Virus record (IMG/VR): IMGVR_UViG_3300045988_139374
Location: 128,001-192,000 of that record
Strand: one strand, 5' to 3'
DNA from: a virus
DNA: 64,000 nt
This document shows, piece by piece, positions 9,455-19,812 of this stretch. Made by a program: the position numbers and the translations under genes. Numbering within the stretch: the stretch's first letter is position 1; each line of letters opens with the position of its first letter. A model generated the notes under the pieces. It was not told the origin of the DNA, did no database searches, and was given only the letters and a program-made list of their open reading frames with translations.

Positions 9455-10024
9455 ATGAATCTTGATATTATTAGTATTATTCGGTCATGCAACACATTGC
9501 ATGAATTGAAGGAAGAATTCAAAAAACCTTTCGGTTGGTTTAGATTCATATCTAAAAATAAAGCTAAAAAATTAGAAGATAAACTAGATTCTACTATTAA
9601 AACTATCCTGTCTAAAGATGAATGGGATGTACAATATCTTTATGATCTAGAAAGAGCAATCTTTCTTTTTTATAATAATCTAAAAGATTATATGGTAAAT
9701 GTAACAATTCCTTCTTATAATCCAAATGATAAATACAATCCTAAGAATTTTATTCCTATCTATTTTTATGATAAAATTAAAGATAGAAATATTATTGTAG
9801 AGATTGTATCTACTAATATCATATTTACAGTATTTGATAATACTACAGGAAAGAGTATTGTTATTTCTACTTCAGAATCTGTATCTAAGTCTCAAGAGAA
9901 AGTAGAAAATCAATGTAAAGAAATTCTAATAGATTTCTTTCTTAATTATCTTCATGAATATAAAATTCCAGAAGAAGAAAAAGCAATTACTCTAGCAAAT
10001 AAAATCAATGGAAAAAATAATTAA
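9455..10024 (+). CDS. hypothetical protein
   Basis: The track start (9437, TTG) lies inside the SD. GGAAGGAG precedes the ATG at 9455. Confidence 0.55.
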   Translation: MNLDIISIIRSCNTLHELKEEFKKPFGWFRFISKNKAKKLEDKLDSTIKTILSKDEWDVQYLYDLERAIFLFYNNLKDYMVNVTIPSYNPNDKYNPKNFIPIYFYDKIKDRNIIVEIVSTNIIFTVFDNTTGKSIVISTSESVSKSQEKVENQCKEILIDFFLNYLHEYKIPEEEKAITLANKINGKNN

Positions 10025-10116
10025 AACTATGATGAGATATATATTATTATCTCAAGATAATAATATCTAACTTTTTTATTTTATTTTTTAAATATTTAGA
10101 AGGAAGGTGATAAATT

Positions 10117-10359
10117 ATGAAACCATATAAAAAGAAATGGAATCCTAAATATAGACAAGCAATAACAGTAGATTGGCATAGAGCATCTAATGAACTTGAA
10201 GCTATTATGAATAGTAGACAATTCTCAAACTATTCATTTGATCATAGATTGAAAATTACAAATATTTATTTGCAAGTAAAAGATTGTGAAAGATCTGATA
10301 ATATTGAAGCTTATTTTGAATTATTAGACCAAAATAGAAAATTGATAAAAGGAGTATAG
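10117..10359 (+). CDS. hypothetical protein (80 aa)
   Basis: SD GAAGGAAGGTG. ORF from the track. Confidence 0.5.
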   Translation: MKPYKKKWNPKYRQAITVDWHRASNELEAIMNSRQFSNYSFDHRLKITNIYLQVKDCERSDNIEAYFELLDQNRKLIKGV

Positions 10360-10364
10360 ATATA

Positions 10365-11135
10365 ATGGCTAATCGAAATGCAAAGATTCGTAAATATTCA
10401 GATTTTATATTAAATTTTCTTTACTTTGTATCTGTATATATGGTATCTATTGTTTATGATTATGCAAATAATTATATTATTTTGAATAATCATGAAGCAA
10501 TGAGGCAAGTAGTAATGTGTGTCACTAAAGGATATTTGATGTTAGTACCATTCATTACTATTGTCTTAATCTCATGGAATGAAAATAGTCTCTTAGATGC
10601 AATTATTGATTCTTTTGTTTCTTTTAATGCATCTTATATTATTTGTCCATTCTTCATTTATATATCTGGATTCCTTAAGCATGAAGATTATTGGGTAGGT
10701 TCTGTAATACTCGAAAACGGTATCTTGATGAGTAAGATAAATCCATTTACGCTAATTCTAGAGATTGTCATGTATACTTGCACTGGAGTAATCTTACTTC
10801 GCTTTATTTTGGATAAAAAATTTGAATTCTTTGGTCTATGTATAACTTGTGTTGTATTTTCCTTTATTTTAAATTTCTTTAATATAATTGATCAAGTTGC
10901 AAAGCTAAGTTATATTCCTCTTTGTATTTATGCTAGAATCGATTATGCTCTAGTAGAAGAAACTCAATTACCAATGGAAAAAGTTAGTCAAATCACTTGG
11001 ATTGTTTGGTTTGTAAAATTTATAATTCCAATTGCAATTGGAGCATTTATCCCAATTGTAATTGATGCAATTATCCAAAGTGTAATTGAGTTCAAGAGAA
11101 ATAAGGAAAAACAAAACTCAGATTCAGATAAGTAA
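10365..11135 (+). CDS. multi-pass membrane protein (hypothetical)
   Basis: SD AAAGGAG. Several long hydrophobic stretches, e.g. FILNFLYFVSVYMVSIVY and WIVWFVKFIIPIAIGAFIPIVI. Confidence 0.55.
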   Translation: MANRNAKIRKYSDFILNFLYFVSVYMVSIVYDYANNYIILNNHEAMRQVVMCVTKGYLMLVPFITIVLISWNENSLLDAIIDSFVSFNASYIICPFFIYISGFLKHEDYWVGSVILENGILMSKINPFTLILEIVMYTCTGVILLRFILDKKFEFFGLCITCVVFSFILNFFNIIDQVAKLSYIPLCIYARIDYALVEETQLPMEKVSQITWIVWFVKFIIPIAIGAFIPIVIDAIIQSVIEFKRNKEKQNSDSDK

Positions 11136-11169
11136 TATAAAATCGAAAGAAAGGAAAGAATTTTCAATT

Positions 11170-11415
11170 ATGCTGCCTAAGATTTCATTGTTTAGTATTA
11201 TTGGAAAAATTGAATGTAAACCAGATGGAATACATTTAATATCTACAGATGCTACTAAATTACAGAAAGTAGATTTTGTAATTTCAATTGAAGACTTGAA
11301 AAAGATTCAAGATTATTATTTTCCCATATTTCTTGAATCTAAGGCTGATTGTCCTAAGTTTATTGAATCTCTAAAGAAGTTTGTAGAAGAGAATAGTAGT
11401 TCTGGAGGAGAATAA
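11170..11415 (+). CDS. hypothetical protein
   Basis: Start moved to the first ATG that does not overlap the previous gene; the track start is 11086. SD is weak. Confidence 0.45.
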   Translation: MLPKISLFSIIGKIECKPDGIHLISTDATKLQKVDFVISIEDLKKIQDYYFPIFLESKADCPKFIESLKKFVEENSSSGGE

Positions 11416-11718
11416 ATGATGGGAATTTATGATATGGCTCAGTATACTATTAATAGTCAATTAGATTCTGTAGTTGATAAAATTAATGATACTAGCGGTT
11501 GGCCTAAAACTGAATATACAATTTCAGATAAAGGTCTTACAGTAAAGACTCCAATGATTGGATATCATAATTCTAATATGTATAAATCTTACGATATTCC
11601 TAAGTATGTTTTTACAGAAGCTATTAAAGCATACTTACCAGAATTAATTCAGACAGATCCAGATATTAGAAATATGATTTCTAGTGTCATTAAGAAAGAA
11701 ATTAGAAAAGCTCGATAA
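11416..11718 (+). CDS. hypothetical protein (100 aa)
   Basis: GGAGGAG upstream. ORF from the track. Confidence 0.5.
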   Translation: MMGIYDMAQYTINSQLDSVVDKINDTSGWPKTEYTISDKGLTVKTPMIGYHNSNMYKSYDIPKYVFTEAIKAYLPELIQTDPDIRNMISSVIKKEIRKAR

Positions 11719-11731
11719 AGGATATATCATC

Positions 11732-12889
11732 ATGACTATTGAAGAAGAAATTGCTCAATATAAGCTCAAAGATCAAATCGATAAAGGAACTCTTATCACA
11801 GCACATATCTCCGATCTCCATTTTCCAGTAATGGATCCATATAAGCAATATAGTATTCTAGAGGATCAATTTCTTCAGAAAATAAAAAAGATGCCTAGAC
11901 TAGATCTAGTTTGTGTAAATGGAGATTTATTTGATCACAAAGTTCAGACCTCATCAGATGCTACTTTATATGCATCTATGTTTGTTGGAAGATTAGTAGA
12001 AATTTGTAGATCTCATAATGCTACTTTGATTATTCTTCAAGGTACTATGTCTCATGATTCTAATCAAATTAAAATCTATTATCACTATATGCAGAGAAAA
12101 GATGTCGATGTAAGAATAGTGACTAATATTAGATTTGAAATGGTTAAGAATGCTAGAATTCTTTGCATTCCTGAATTATATGGTGTTCCAGAAGAATACT
12201 ATCAGCATATTTTATTTGGATCTGACTTTTATGATTTGTGTATCATGCATGGTACAATTCATGGAGCAGTATATGGTGATACTGTCGGAAATGGAAGATT
12301 ATTCCATATTGAAGATTTCTTAAATTGTAAAGGTCCTATCATTTCTGGTCATATTCATAAGCCTGGAACATTTAATGATCATTTCTATTATTGCGGATCT
12401 CCATATAGATGGAGGTTCGATGACGATCATGAAAAAGGTTTTATATTAATGACTTATAATCTTAATACAAGATATTATTATCTTGATTATGAAAAGATTA
12501 TTTCAGACACTTATAAAACTATTTATCTTGATCAATTGATTAATAATGATCCAGTAGAAACCATTAACTATATTAAGAATCTAAAACAGACTCAAGGAAT
12601 TGATTATATTAGAATTAAATTCAATAGACCAATTCCAGGGGCTAGTAAAATGGCACTTAATGATTCTTTTAGACTTGATGATTCTGTTACGTTAGAATTC
12701 TATTCTCAGGAATTAGAAATTGCTAAACAAGCAGAGCAGCAAATCAAAGAAGATAATGAAAAAGTGGCATTTTTGTTAGATCCGAAGTTGACAGATGAAC
12801 AGAAATTTGTATTATGGGTTAATTATCTTAAACAAGATGAAACCTATCTTACAGTAGAAGAATTAGAAGCGTTATTGAAGAAGGAATGA
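11732..12889 (+). CDS. Mre11/SbcD-like metallophosphoesterase nuclease
   Basis: Calcineurin-fold motifs appear in the expected order: HISDLHF, NGDLFDH, GTMSHD, MHGT, GHIHKP. Start taken at ATG 11732; the track start is 11684. Confidence 0.65.
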   Translation: MTIEEEIAQYKLKDQIDKGTLITAHISDLHFPVMDPYKQYSILEDQFLQKIKKMPRLDLVCVNGDLFDHKVQTSSDATLYASMFVGRLVEICRSHNATLIILQGTMSHDSNQIKIYYHYMQRKDVDVRIVTNIRFEMVKNARILCIPELYGVPEEYYQHILFGSDFYDLCIMHGTIHGAVYGDTVGNGRLFHIEDFLNCKGPIISGHIHKPGTFNDHFYYCGSPYRWRFDDDHEKGFILMTYNLNTRYYYLDYEKIISDTYKTIYLDQLINNDPVETINYIKNLKQTQGIDYIRIKFNRPIPGASKMALNDSFRLDDSVTLEFYSQELEIAKQAEQQIKEDNEKVAFLLDPKLTDEQKFVLWVNYLKQDETYLTVEELEALLKKE

Positions 12890-13131
12890 TTATGGATATT
12901 GATAGAAAAGATTATAAAGGAACACCCATTGGATATCCAATGGGTAATAGTATCAAGAAAGAAGATGAATTATACGGCAAAAAATATCCAAATGCATATC
13001 CTCATTATGATGACGATAATTTTTATCTTCCCATGGTAATAGGAAAAAGCAATGTAGTATATTTAACAATCGATAAGTATTGTATCATGGATGCTCTTAA
13101 ACATTGGAAATTTATAAAAGAGGATGAATAA
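12886..13131 (+). CDS. small protein, tandem paralogue 1 of 3
   Basis: Shares the block YDDDNFYLP..IDKYCIMDALKHWKFIKEDE with the next two ORFs. Confidence 0.55.
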   Translation: MIMDIDRKDYKGTPIGYPMGNSIKKEDELYGKKYPNAYPHYDDDNFYLPMVIGKSNVVYLTIDKYCIMDALKHWKFIKEDE

Positions 13132-13366
13132 TGATATGAATTATTATAAAACTCCTGATGAATATCCATCATCTGAAATAATAAGACAAGCAGATCTGAT
13201 TGGAACTCCATATCCTTCAGCTCATGCCCAGTATGATGATAATTATCTCTATATTCCGATTTTTATTGGTAAAGGAGTTGCCTATCTTAAAATAGATAAG
13301 CATTGTATTATGGATGCTCTTGAACATTGGGAATCGATGGAAGAAGGTGAATCTAATGGACAATGA
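13124..13366 (+). CDS. small protein, tandem paralogue 2 of 3
   Basis: YDDNYLYIP..IDKHCIMDALEHWESMEEGE. Start is ambiguous between 13124 and 13136. Confidence 0.55.
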   Translation: MNNDMNYYKTPDEYPSSEIIRQADLIGTPYPSAHAQYDDNYLYIPIFIGKGVAYLKIDKHCIMDALEHWESMEEGESNGQ

Positions 13367-13763
13367 AAAAGTAGAAATTTCAAGAGAAGATTATCATAAA
13401 ACTCCTGATAATTTTCCACTAATTCGTATTCTTAATAATAATTCTAATTGCAAAACTGAAGATACAATGGCATATCCATGTTACGATGACAATAATTTGT
13501 ATTTACCACTTGGTATGTATTCTGGTAATAATACAAAAGGGAATATTACATATTATATGGAGATTAACAAACATTGTATCATGGATGCTCTTGAATATTG
13601 GAAATCTATTAAAGAGCATGAAGATGACGATATTCAATATTTTAGACATACTACTATTATTGAAGCTGCAAATATTGGATTTGACAATATGATTGTCAAA
13701 GGTGTTCTTGCTTTAAACAATAGAGAATATAAAGAAGAAAAGGAGATTAGTGATGATGAATGA
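13356..13763 (+). CDS. small protein, tandem paralogue 3 of 3 (with a C-terminal extension)
   Basis: YDDNNLYLP..INKHCIMDALEYWKSIKEHEDDD. ATG 13356 preferred over the track start 13314. Confidence 0.5.
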   Translation: MDNEKVEISREDYHKTPDNFPLIRILNNNSNCKTEDTMAYPCYDDNNLYLPLGMYSGNNTKGNITYYMEINKHCIMDALEYWKSIKEHEDDDIQYFRHTTIIEAANIGFDNMIVKGVLALNNREYKEEKEISDDE

Positions 13764-14214
13764 AGAAAACAATATGGTGGCTAACAACGATACTGCCAAT
13801 GAAAATGGATTTGTGGAAAATGAGACTGGAAATAGTAATCCTGAATCTGAGGTTAACAAGGAGCAAAACGAGAACGGAAATACTGAAGCTTCAAATAGCA
13901 ATTCTGAAGAAGCAGGCGGAGCACCGTTAACGAATGATGAGATTAGAGAGCTTATGAAGCATGGTGGAGGATTTAATAATGGAATGAATCCTGAAGTTCT
14001 TAATAGACTTATGAATCAGCCTGGTCCCGATACTAAAGCTCTTCTTGAAAGAATTTCTGATGTATTAAAGATTCAAGATGAAAATATTGGTAAAGCCTTT
14101 ACTAAGATTAATGACCTTGAACTGAAAGTATCTTCTCTTATGGTCACTAATAAATTTACTACTATTATTGCTATTGCTTCTATTATCGTATCTATTGTTG
14201 CTATTATTCTGTAA
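13753..14214 (+). CDS. N/E-rich protein with a C-terminal transmembrane anchor
   Basis: AAGGAG lies 7 nt upstream of ATG 13753. The C-terminus FTTIIAIASIIVSIVAIIL is hydrophobic. Confidence 0.5.
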   Translation: MMNEENNMVANNDTANENGFVENETGNSNPESEVNKEQNENGNTEASNSNSEEAGGAPLTNDEIRELMKHGGGFNNGMNPEVLNRLMNQPGPDTKALLERISDVLKIQDENIGKAFTKINDLELKVSSLMVTNKFTTIIAIASIIVSIVAIIL

Positions 14215-14226
14215 AGGAGAATAGCT

Positions 14227-14565
14227 ATGAGATTTATAGGTATAGAATTTGATAATAAAGTAAATAATACTCATGTAGAAGGATATGCTATTATTCCTGA
14301 GAGTTTAAGTTCTATTTGGCAAGTAGGATTTAGAAAGTATTTATTCAATACTTATAAAGCTCAGAATATTAGTATTTATAATCTAAATGTAGCTTCTGGA
14401 GTAAATGCTACAGACTATATGCTTAGTCTAAGAGGAAAGACTAATCTAGAAGAAGATCTAGATAAAGCTATTACTTGTACTAAAGCATTTCCTAGAAATG
14501 ATGAAAATGATTCTCTTAGAAGGCAATGGCAATCAATGTATTCTTTAAATCATAAATATATTTGA
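14227..14565 (+). CDS. hypothetical protein
   Basis: SD AAAGGAG. ORF from the track. Confidence 0.5.
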   Translation: MRFIGIEFDNKVNNTHVEGYAIIPESLSSIWQVGFRKYLFNTYKAQNISIYNLNVASGVNATDYMLSLRGKTNLEEDLDKAITCTKAFPRNDENDSLRRQWQSMYSLNHKYI

Positions 14566-14648
14566 AATAATTCTTTTAAGATTTTGGGTTTCTATTTTGA
14601 TCAAAACTACCAAGTACTAAATCAAAATAGCAACGGAGAAATTGTGTT

Positions 14649-16571
14649 ATGAATATCAGTAGAAAGATTAATAATAATACTCGTTCCGTTAAATCAAATA
14701 CAGAGTCTATTAAGCCTCTATTCGATATCAAAACTCTAGAATTCTATTGTAGATATGTAATCTCAATGAATCAGAATATTAGAATTAGTAATCTAAATCT
14801 AATTAGAGATCTTTTTGATAGAGTGGATGAAAATCAATATGGAAATGATATTGATCGTATTACTCGTATTAGATTTATCAAACGAGGGTTAGATGCAAGA
14901 ATTTCTAAGAAATTAACTAATAAAGATATGATCATTCAATATATCAATGGTGGTATTGGAGATAAACCTTTATTAGATGCTTCTACATTAGAAGAAATTT
15001 CTGATGAAGATCTTGCATATCTTAATGAACAAGCAAATGAACTTGTAAAATCATATTTTGTTGATGAAAGATATGATGAAATTCTTAATTTAGCAGCAAA
15101 TCTTCACAATGCAAATTATGGAAGAAGATCTGATGTTGTTAATCAGATTCAACAGCTTACTGCAGATTTAAATATGCAGTTTAATAAGATGGATGAATCT
15201 ATTAGCCAATCCCAGATGTTTAGCCTATTGCCCCAAGAATTCGAAAGTGTAATGTCTGACATTCATGCAAGACAGACAAGTCCTTCAAGAGTTCTTCGAA
15301 CTGGTATGACTGGATTAAATGCAATGCTAGATGGAGGATTTCAAGCAGATAGAGTCTATATCATTTTTGCACAAGCTGCTGGTGGTAAATCTTTTACTAT
15401 GCTTGATCTTGCGATGCAAATTAAGAAATATAATAAAGATTATATTCCTCATGATCCTACCAAGATTCCTACTATTGTATTTCTTACTATGGAAAACTCA
15501 GAAGATGAAAATATTGGAAGAATGTTAAGTATGGTCTCTGATGGTAAAACATTTGGAGATTGTTCTCTTGAAGATTCTATTAATATTTTTAGAACTAGTG
15601 GATTGGGATATGATAAAGATACTGATCCAATCGATATAGTAATGATTTATAAGCCTAATCTGTCTGTAAATACAGATTATATGTACACATTGACAGATAA
15701 GCTTAGAGAGTCTGGTAGAGAACCAATATGTTTTTTCCAGGATCATATTAAAAGAATTAGACCAGTTAATAAGAGAAATGATATTAGACTTGACTTAGGT
15801 GAAGTTGTAAATGAATTCAAAGCTTTTGCAACTGCTACTAATATTCCTGTTATTACTGACTCTCATTTGAACAGAGATGCATCTAAAGTTCTAGATGACA
15901 ATTCTGGCTCAAATAAAAAAGATCTTATCAGATCTCTTGGTAGTTTTAATGTATCAGAATCTTATTTGATGATTGATAACTGTGATCTTGGTATTATTAT
16001 CAATAAAGAGAATGATTCTCATGATAATCTCTATATGGGATTTAAGTGTATTAAGACTAGAACTAAGTGTACTCTTGATTTATTTTATCAGCCATATATG
16101 ATGACTAATGAAATTAAATTAGTAGAAGATCTTTATTCTCCGGTACCTTCTTTTAAGAGACAACTCAAGGAAGATAAGAATACTGGTATGAAGATTTCTA
16201 AGAGAGTTAATAGATCTGATGACGATGATTTGTTTAGTTTGAATACTATCTCTGATAATATGGAACCTGGGAGAAAAGTAGATCCTGGTATTGGAGCAGT
16301 TCCTGTAGATCCGAGTAGTATTCTTTATCCTAGAAATGAAAATCAGAGTCAGTTTGTTACTTCTGGTATGCCATCTGAACCTGTATTGCCAATGCCAGCA
16401 ATGATTCCTGATGCATTTGCAAATACTAGTCCTATTAAGAGTGATCCTTGGGAAACTGAATTAATTAGTAGAAGTATTATTAATAGCGGTCTTGATAAAC
16501 CAGCCATTAGATTCTTAGATGATGATGGTGTATCTATTAATAATGGTTTACTTCCTTATGAACCTAAATAA
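14649..16571 (+). CDS. DnaB / T7 gp4-like replicative helicase (RecA-fold)
   Basis: Walker A-like AQAAGGKSF, FQDHIKRIRP, and VITDSHLNRD (DnaB-type H4 motif). The C-terminal ~130 aa are low complexity. Confidence 0.55.
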   Translation: MNISRKINNNTRSVKSNTESIKPLFDIKTLEFYCRYVISMNQNIRISNLNLIRDLFDRVDENQYGNDIDRITRIRFIKRGLDARISKKLTNKDMIIQYINGGIGDKPLLDASTLEEISDEDLAYLNEQANELVKSYFVDERYDEILNLAANLHNANYGRRSDVVNQIQQLTADLNMQFNKMDESISQSQMFSLLPQEFESVMSDIHARQTSPSRVLRTGMTGLNAMLDGGFQADRVYIIFAQAAGGKSFTMLDLAMQIKKYNKDYIPHDPTKIPTIVFLTMENSEDENIGRMLSMVSDGKTFGDCSLEDSINIFRTSGLGYDKDTDPIDIVMIYKPNLSVNTDYMYTLTDKLRESGREPICFFQDHIKRIRPVNKRNDIRLDLGEVVNEFKAFATATNIPVITDSHLNRDASKVLDDNSGSNKKDLIRSLGSFNVSESYLMIDNCDLGIIINKENDSHDNLYMGFKCIKTRTKCTLDLFYQPYMMTNEIKLVEDLYSPVPSFKRQLKEDKNTGMKISKRVNRSDDDDLFSLNTISDNMEPGRKVDPGIGAVPVDPSSILYPRNENQSQFVTSGMPSEPVLPMPAMIPDAFANTSPIKSDPWETELISRSIINSGLDKPAIRFLDDDGVSINNGLLPYEPK

Positions 16572-16583
16572 AGAATAAATAAT

Positions 16584-16608
16584 GTAGTAGGGACAAAATC
16601 CCTACTAC
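16584..16608. terminator. bidirectional terminator between convergent genes
   Basis: 9-bp stem GTAGTAGGG / CCCTACTAC with A/T runs on both sides. Confidence 0.6.
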
Positions 16609-16623
16609 ATTAAATTTTATTTT

Positions 16624-17097
16624 TTAAACATTCCAAACTTCATTTCCGTCATTATTCTTAAAATCAATTTTAAGTTTATTTCTATTATTGTTTATATAGT
16701 CTTCATTTACTGCTTGAATTCTATTAAGAATAGTGGACAGTTGACCAGGATCTATTACTTTTACTTTATCAAAATCGAATTCTTTAGGATCGATGATTCC
16801 ATTCATCATCATTACTAAAAATTGAGATTCCGTAGATCCATATACATCATAAGCGAATAGCCATGGCTTATACTTGTATTTTGCTTTCTCTCTAGCATTT
16901 AAAGCAATAGTAGTAGATATGTCTTGTAATTCATCTTCATAATCATATAGAAGATTAGTAATAAACATATCAAATCCATGTAGATATTCTACGATAGAGT
17001 AATTGTAATAGGTTACATCATCTGTAGTTCTAATAGCAATAAACTCTTGAACAGTAATAGTTTTATCTGCAGAACCTGCATATCCTACATTAGCCAT
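16624..17097 (-). CDS. hypothetical protein
   Basis: GAGGAG upstream on the minus strand. ORF from the track. Confidence 0.55.
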   Translation of the reverse strand: MANVGYAGSADKTITVQEFIAIRTTDDVTYYNYSIVEYLHGFDMFITNLLYDYEDELQDISTTIALNAREKAKYKYKPWLFAYDVYGSTESQFLVMMMNGIIDPKEFDFDKVKVIDPGQLSTILNRIQAVNEDYINNNRNKLKIDFKNNDGNEVWNV

Positions 17098-17103
17098 TTA
17101 TTA

Positions 17104-17505
17104 TCACTCCTCTACACCAATAATTCTAGGAGTATCAATATTACCACCCATATTTACTACAATAAATTTTGTTCCTGAAGTATATTGCTTTCTATATACT
17201 AATTGTTTAGGCTCACATGTCATTATTCCACCAACAGCATCAGGAGTTGTTATTTTAACAGTTTTAATTCCATCAGGTTGATAATCTCCATAAGGCATAA
17301 TATAGAAGAAAAATTTAGGAACAGTAAGTTCTATTGTATTTTCACCTTTGATCTTTGATTCTCCATTAGGATTTACATAATCAAGTTTAAATTTACCTTT
17401 AGGATTATCAAAAGAAACAGTTCCTTGTAGAATTGCATAATGCGCTCCATATAGCAATTCTGGACTGTTTGCATAAGAGTTAGGATTCATATTGTTTGCA
17501 TTCAT
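17104..17505 (-). CDS. hypothetical protein
   Basis: AAAGGAG upstream on the minus strand. ORF from the track. Confidence 0.55.
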   Translation of the reverse strand: MNANNMNPNSYANSPELLYGAHYAILQGTVSFDNPKGKFKLDYVNPNGESKIKGENTIELTVPKFFFYIMPYGDYQPDGIKTVKITTPDAVGGIMTCEPKQLVYRKQYTSGTKFIVVNMGGNIDTPRIIGVEE

Positions 17506-17615
17506 ATTATCACTCCTTTTATATATGAGTTTTTAAGCGCTAAAAATACCCATAAGTAGATATTATAAATATGATCAATAGGTATTGGTCTATATATTTT
17601 TTGGAGGTTTTAATT

Positions 17616-18110
17616 ATGTTCGATCGAAATGAAAGTGTCAATGTAACTCGTAAATTCCTTATTGCTCTTGGCATGGAGCTTCAGCCTAGTACTAATACTC
17701 TTGTAGATCAGGAGACTAAGAGCCCTATTTACTTTGAGGGAAAAATTGTAAAAGCAAATAATGATCCTGATAAAGCATTGTATATCTCTGATTACGATGT
17801 AAAACTTGATCCTTTGGATCCTAAGTGTACAAAGATTGTTGAAAGACTCTTTGGAAAGTTTCTTGATGATAATAGTTCTCCTGAGATGCAAAACATTCCT
17901 GAAGTATTAGCATATTTCTTTGATAAAAATGAAGAAGATAGATTGTATCGTTTGAATATTAAGTATGAAGACGGTACTAAATGGATTGGAAATTGGTTCC
18001 TTAATAAGATTCTTTGCTATTTGGAAGCTATCTTTAGTATTGATGGAACATTTGATGATATCGATTTAAAGATCTACGATGTAGATCAAGATGAAGAGGA
18101 GAATAAATGA
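17616..18110 (+). CDS. hypothetical acidic protein
   Basis: GGAGG precedes ATG 17616; the track start 17571 has no SD. Confidence 0.5.
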   Translation: MFDRNESVNVTRKFLIALGMELQPSTNTLVDQETKSPIYFEGKIVKANNDPDKALYISDYDVKLDPLDPKCTKIVERLFGKFLDDNSSPEMQNIPEVLAYFFDKNEEDRLYRLNIKYEDGTKWIGNWFLNKILCYLEAIFSIDGTFDDIDLKIYDVDQDEEENK

Positions 18111-19315
18111 TAGTTTTAAATAAAGAACAGGAAGAAGCTGCTAATAGAGCAGTATATTGGTTTCATTATTCATCACAACAATACTTTTCTATTGTGGGAT
18201 ATGCGGGAACTGGTAAAAGTGTAGTTATTTCTGAGATTATTAGAAGATTAAGACTTAAACCAGAAGAAGTATTACCCATAGCTTATACTGGACAAGCATG
18301 TACAATTATGCGAACAAAAGGATTTGTTAATGCTTGTACTTGTCATGCTGGATTATTTAATCCTGTAAAAGTACCAATGAAAGATAATTTGGGCCATGTA
18401 ATTATAGATAAGCAATTTAATACTCCTAAAACTACATGGAGTTATATTCCAAAAAGTTTTAGTGGAACAAAGATTAAATTGATTGTTCTAGATGAAGCAT
18501 GGATGGCACCTGAATTTATTAGAAAAGTATTAGACGATACGGGAATCAAAGTACTAGCTGCTGGAGATCCAGGACAGTTGCCTCCAATAGGTGGCAAACC
18601 TGCATTCTTAATGGATGGAATCATTTGTAGACTTACTGAACTAATGAGGCAATCAGAAAATTCTCCTATTGTTTATCTTGCCAATAGAGCAAGAAATGGA
18701 GAACCAATTTGCCCAGGAGTTTATGGAAATTCTGTATTCGTTATCTTTGATGATGAATTGAATAATGAAATATTATCTAGATCTCATATAGTAATTTGTG
18801 CAAAAAATGCTACTAGAGATTATCTAAATAATAGAGTAAGACATGAGATTCTTCACAAATTTTCTAATTATCCAGATTATGGTGAGCGTATAATTTGTAG
18901 ACACAATAACTGGGATAAATCTGTTGGAAATATTCCATTAGTAAATGGATTAGTAGGAACAGTGATTTCTCTTCCAGATGTAAGTAGAGTAGATAAAGAT
19001 ACTTTAAAATTAGATTTCTTACCAGATCTTACTAATGAAAAATTTAGTAATCTAGAAATCAATATAAAGTATTTAAATATGGCTTACAAAGATAGAGAAT
19101 TCTATTCTAGAAATCCATATTTTCAGGGTGAACAATTCGAATATGCATATGCTTCTACGGTACATTTAGCACAAGGATCTGAATATCTTTGCGGCACTTA
19201 TATTGAAGAAGCAATGAATCCTCAATTGGTAAAAGCAGCGAATTATACAGCTATTACAAGATTTAAACAACAGATGGTATATGTTATGCATAAACCTAAA
19301 TTCTGGAGCATATAA
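18107..19315 (+). CDS. Dda / RecD-like superfamily 1 helicase
   Basis: GYAGTGKS (Walker A), VLDEAWM (Walker B), AGDPGQLPPIG, STVHLAQGSEY. Confidence 0.7.
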   Translation: MIVLNKEQEEAANRAVYWFHYSSQQYFSIVGYAGTGKSVVISEIIRRLRLKPEEVLPIAYTGQACTIMRTKGFVNACTCHAGLFNPVKVPMKDNLGHVIIDKQFNTPKTTWSYIPKSFSGTKIKLIVLDEAWMAPEFIRKVLDDTGIKVLAAGDPGQLPPIGGKPAFLMDGIICRLTELMRQSENSPIVYLANRARNGEPICPGVYGNSVFVIFDDELNNEILSRSHIVICAKNATRDYLNNRVRHEILHKFSNYPDYGERIICRHNNWDKSVGNIPLVNGLVGTVISLPDVSRVDKDTLKLDFLPDLTNEKFSNLEINIKYLNMAYKDREFYSRNPYFQGEQFEYAYASTVHLAQGSEYLCGTYIEEAMNPQLVKAANYTAITRFKQQMVYVMHKPKFWSI

Positions 19316-19329
19316 AAGGAGAATAAAAT

Positions 19330-19812
19330 ATGTATCAACAGTATCCTGATATGTATGTATTTAATCCTGGAGGAGTAACTTCTATTCCTTCTACAATGGT
19401 TAGTACAAATATTTTACACCCGGAACTTGTAGGTAATCTTAATAGAGACAATACTGGTGTATTATGGATGACTCTGATGTATAAATCAGGAGTCAGATCT
19501 TATGTTCTAAGCTATAATATCATGAATGTTTTCATGTATGCTTATAGTAATAAGAACTCTGATAAAAAGTTTGTTACTTTTATTCTTGGAAATCGTAGAA
19601 TAAATGTAAAGTATAGTGATATTAGAGGATATAAGTTACTCGATAAACTTACTATGCTTGGAGTTGAATTTGCTATTGATGCTCCTAAGAATAAGAAAGC
19701 AGATACTTTAAATACCTTAGTAATTAAATCTATTCTTCAAAATGGATTCATTACTTTGGATGATGATACTTTTAAATCTGAATACAAAAAGGAGGATGTT
19801 GAATTTGTATAA
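19330..19812 (+). CDS. hypothetical protein
   Basis: SD AAAGGAG. ORF from the track. Confidence 0.55.
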   Translation: MYQQYPDMYVFNPGGVTSIPSTMVSTNILHPELVGNLNRDNTGVLWMTLMYKSGVRSYVLSYNIMNVFMYAYSNKNSDKKFVTFILGNRRINVKYSDIRGYKLLDKLTMLGVEFAIDAPKNKKADTLNTLVIKSILQNGFITLDDDTFKSEYKKEDVEFV

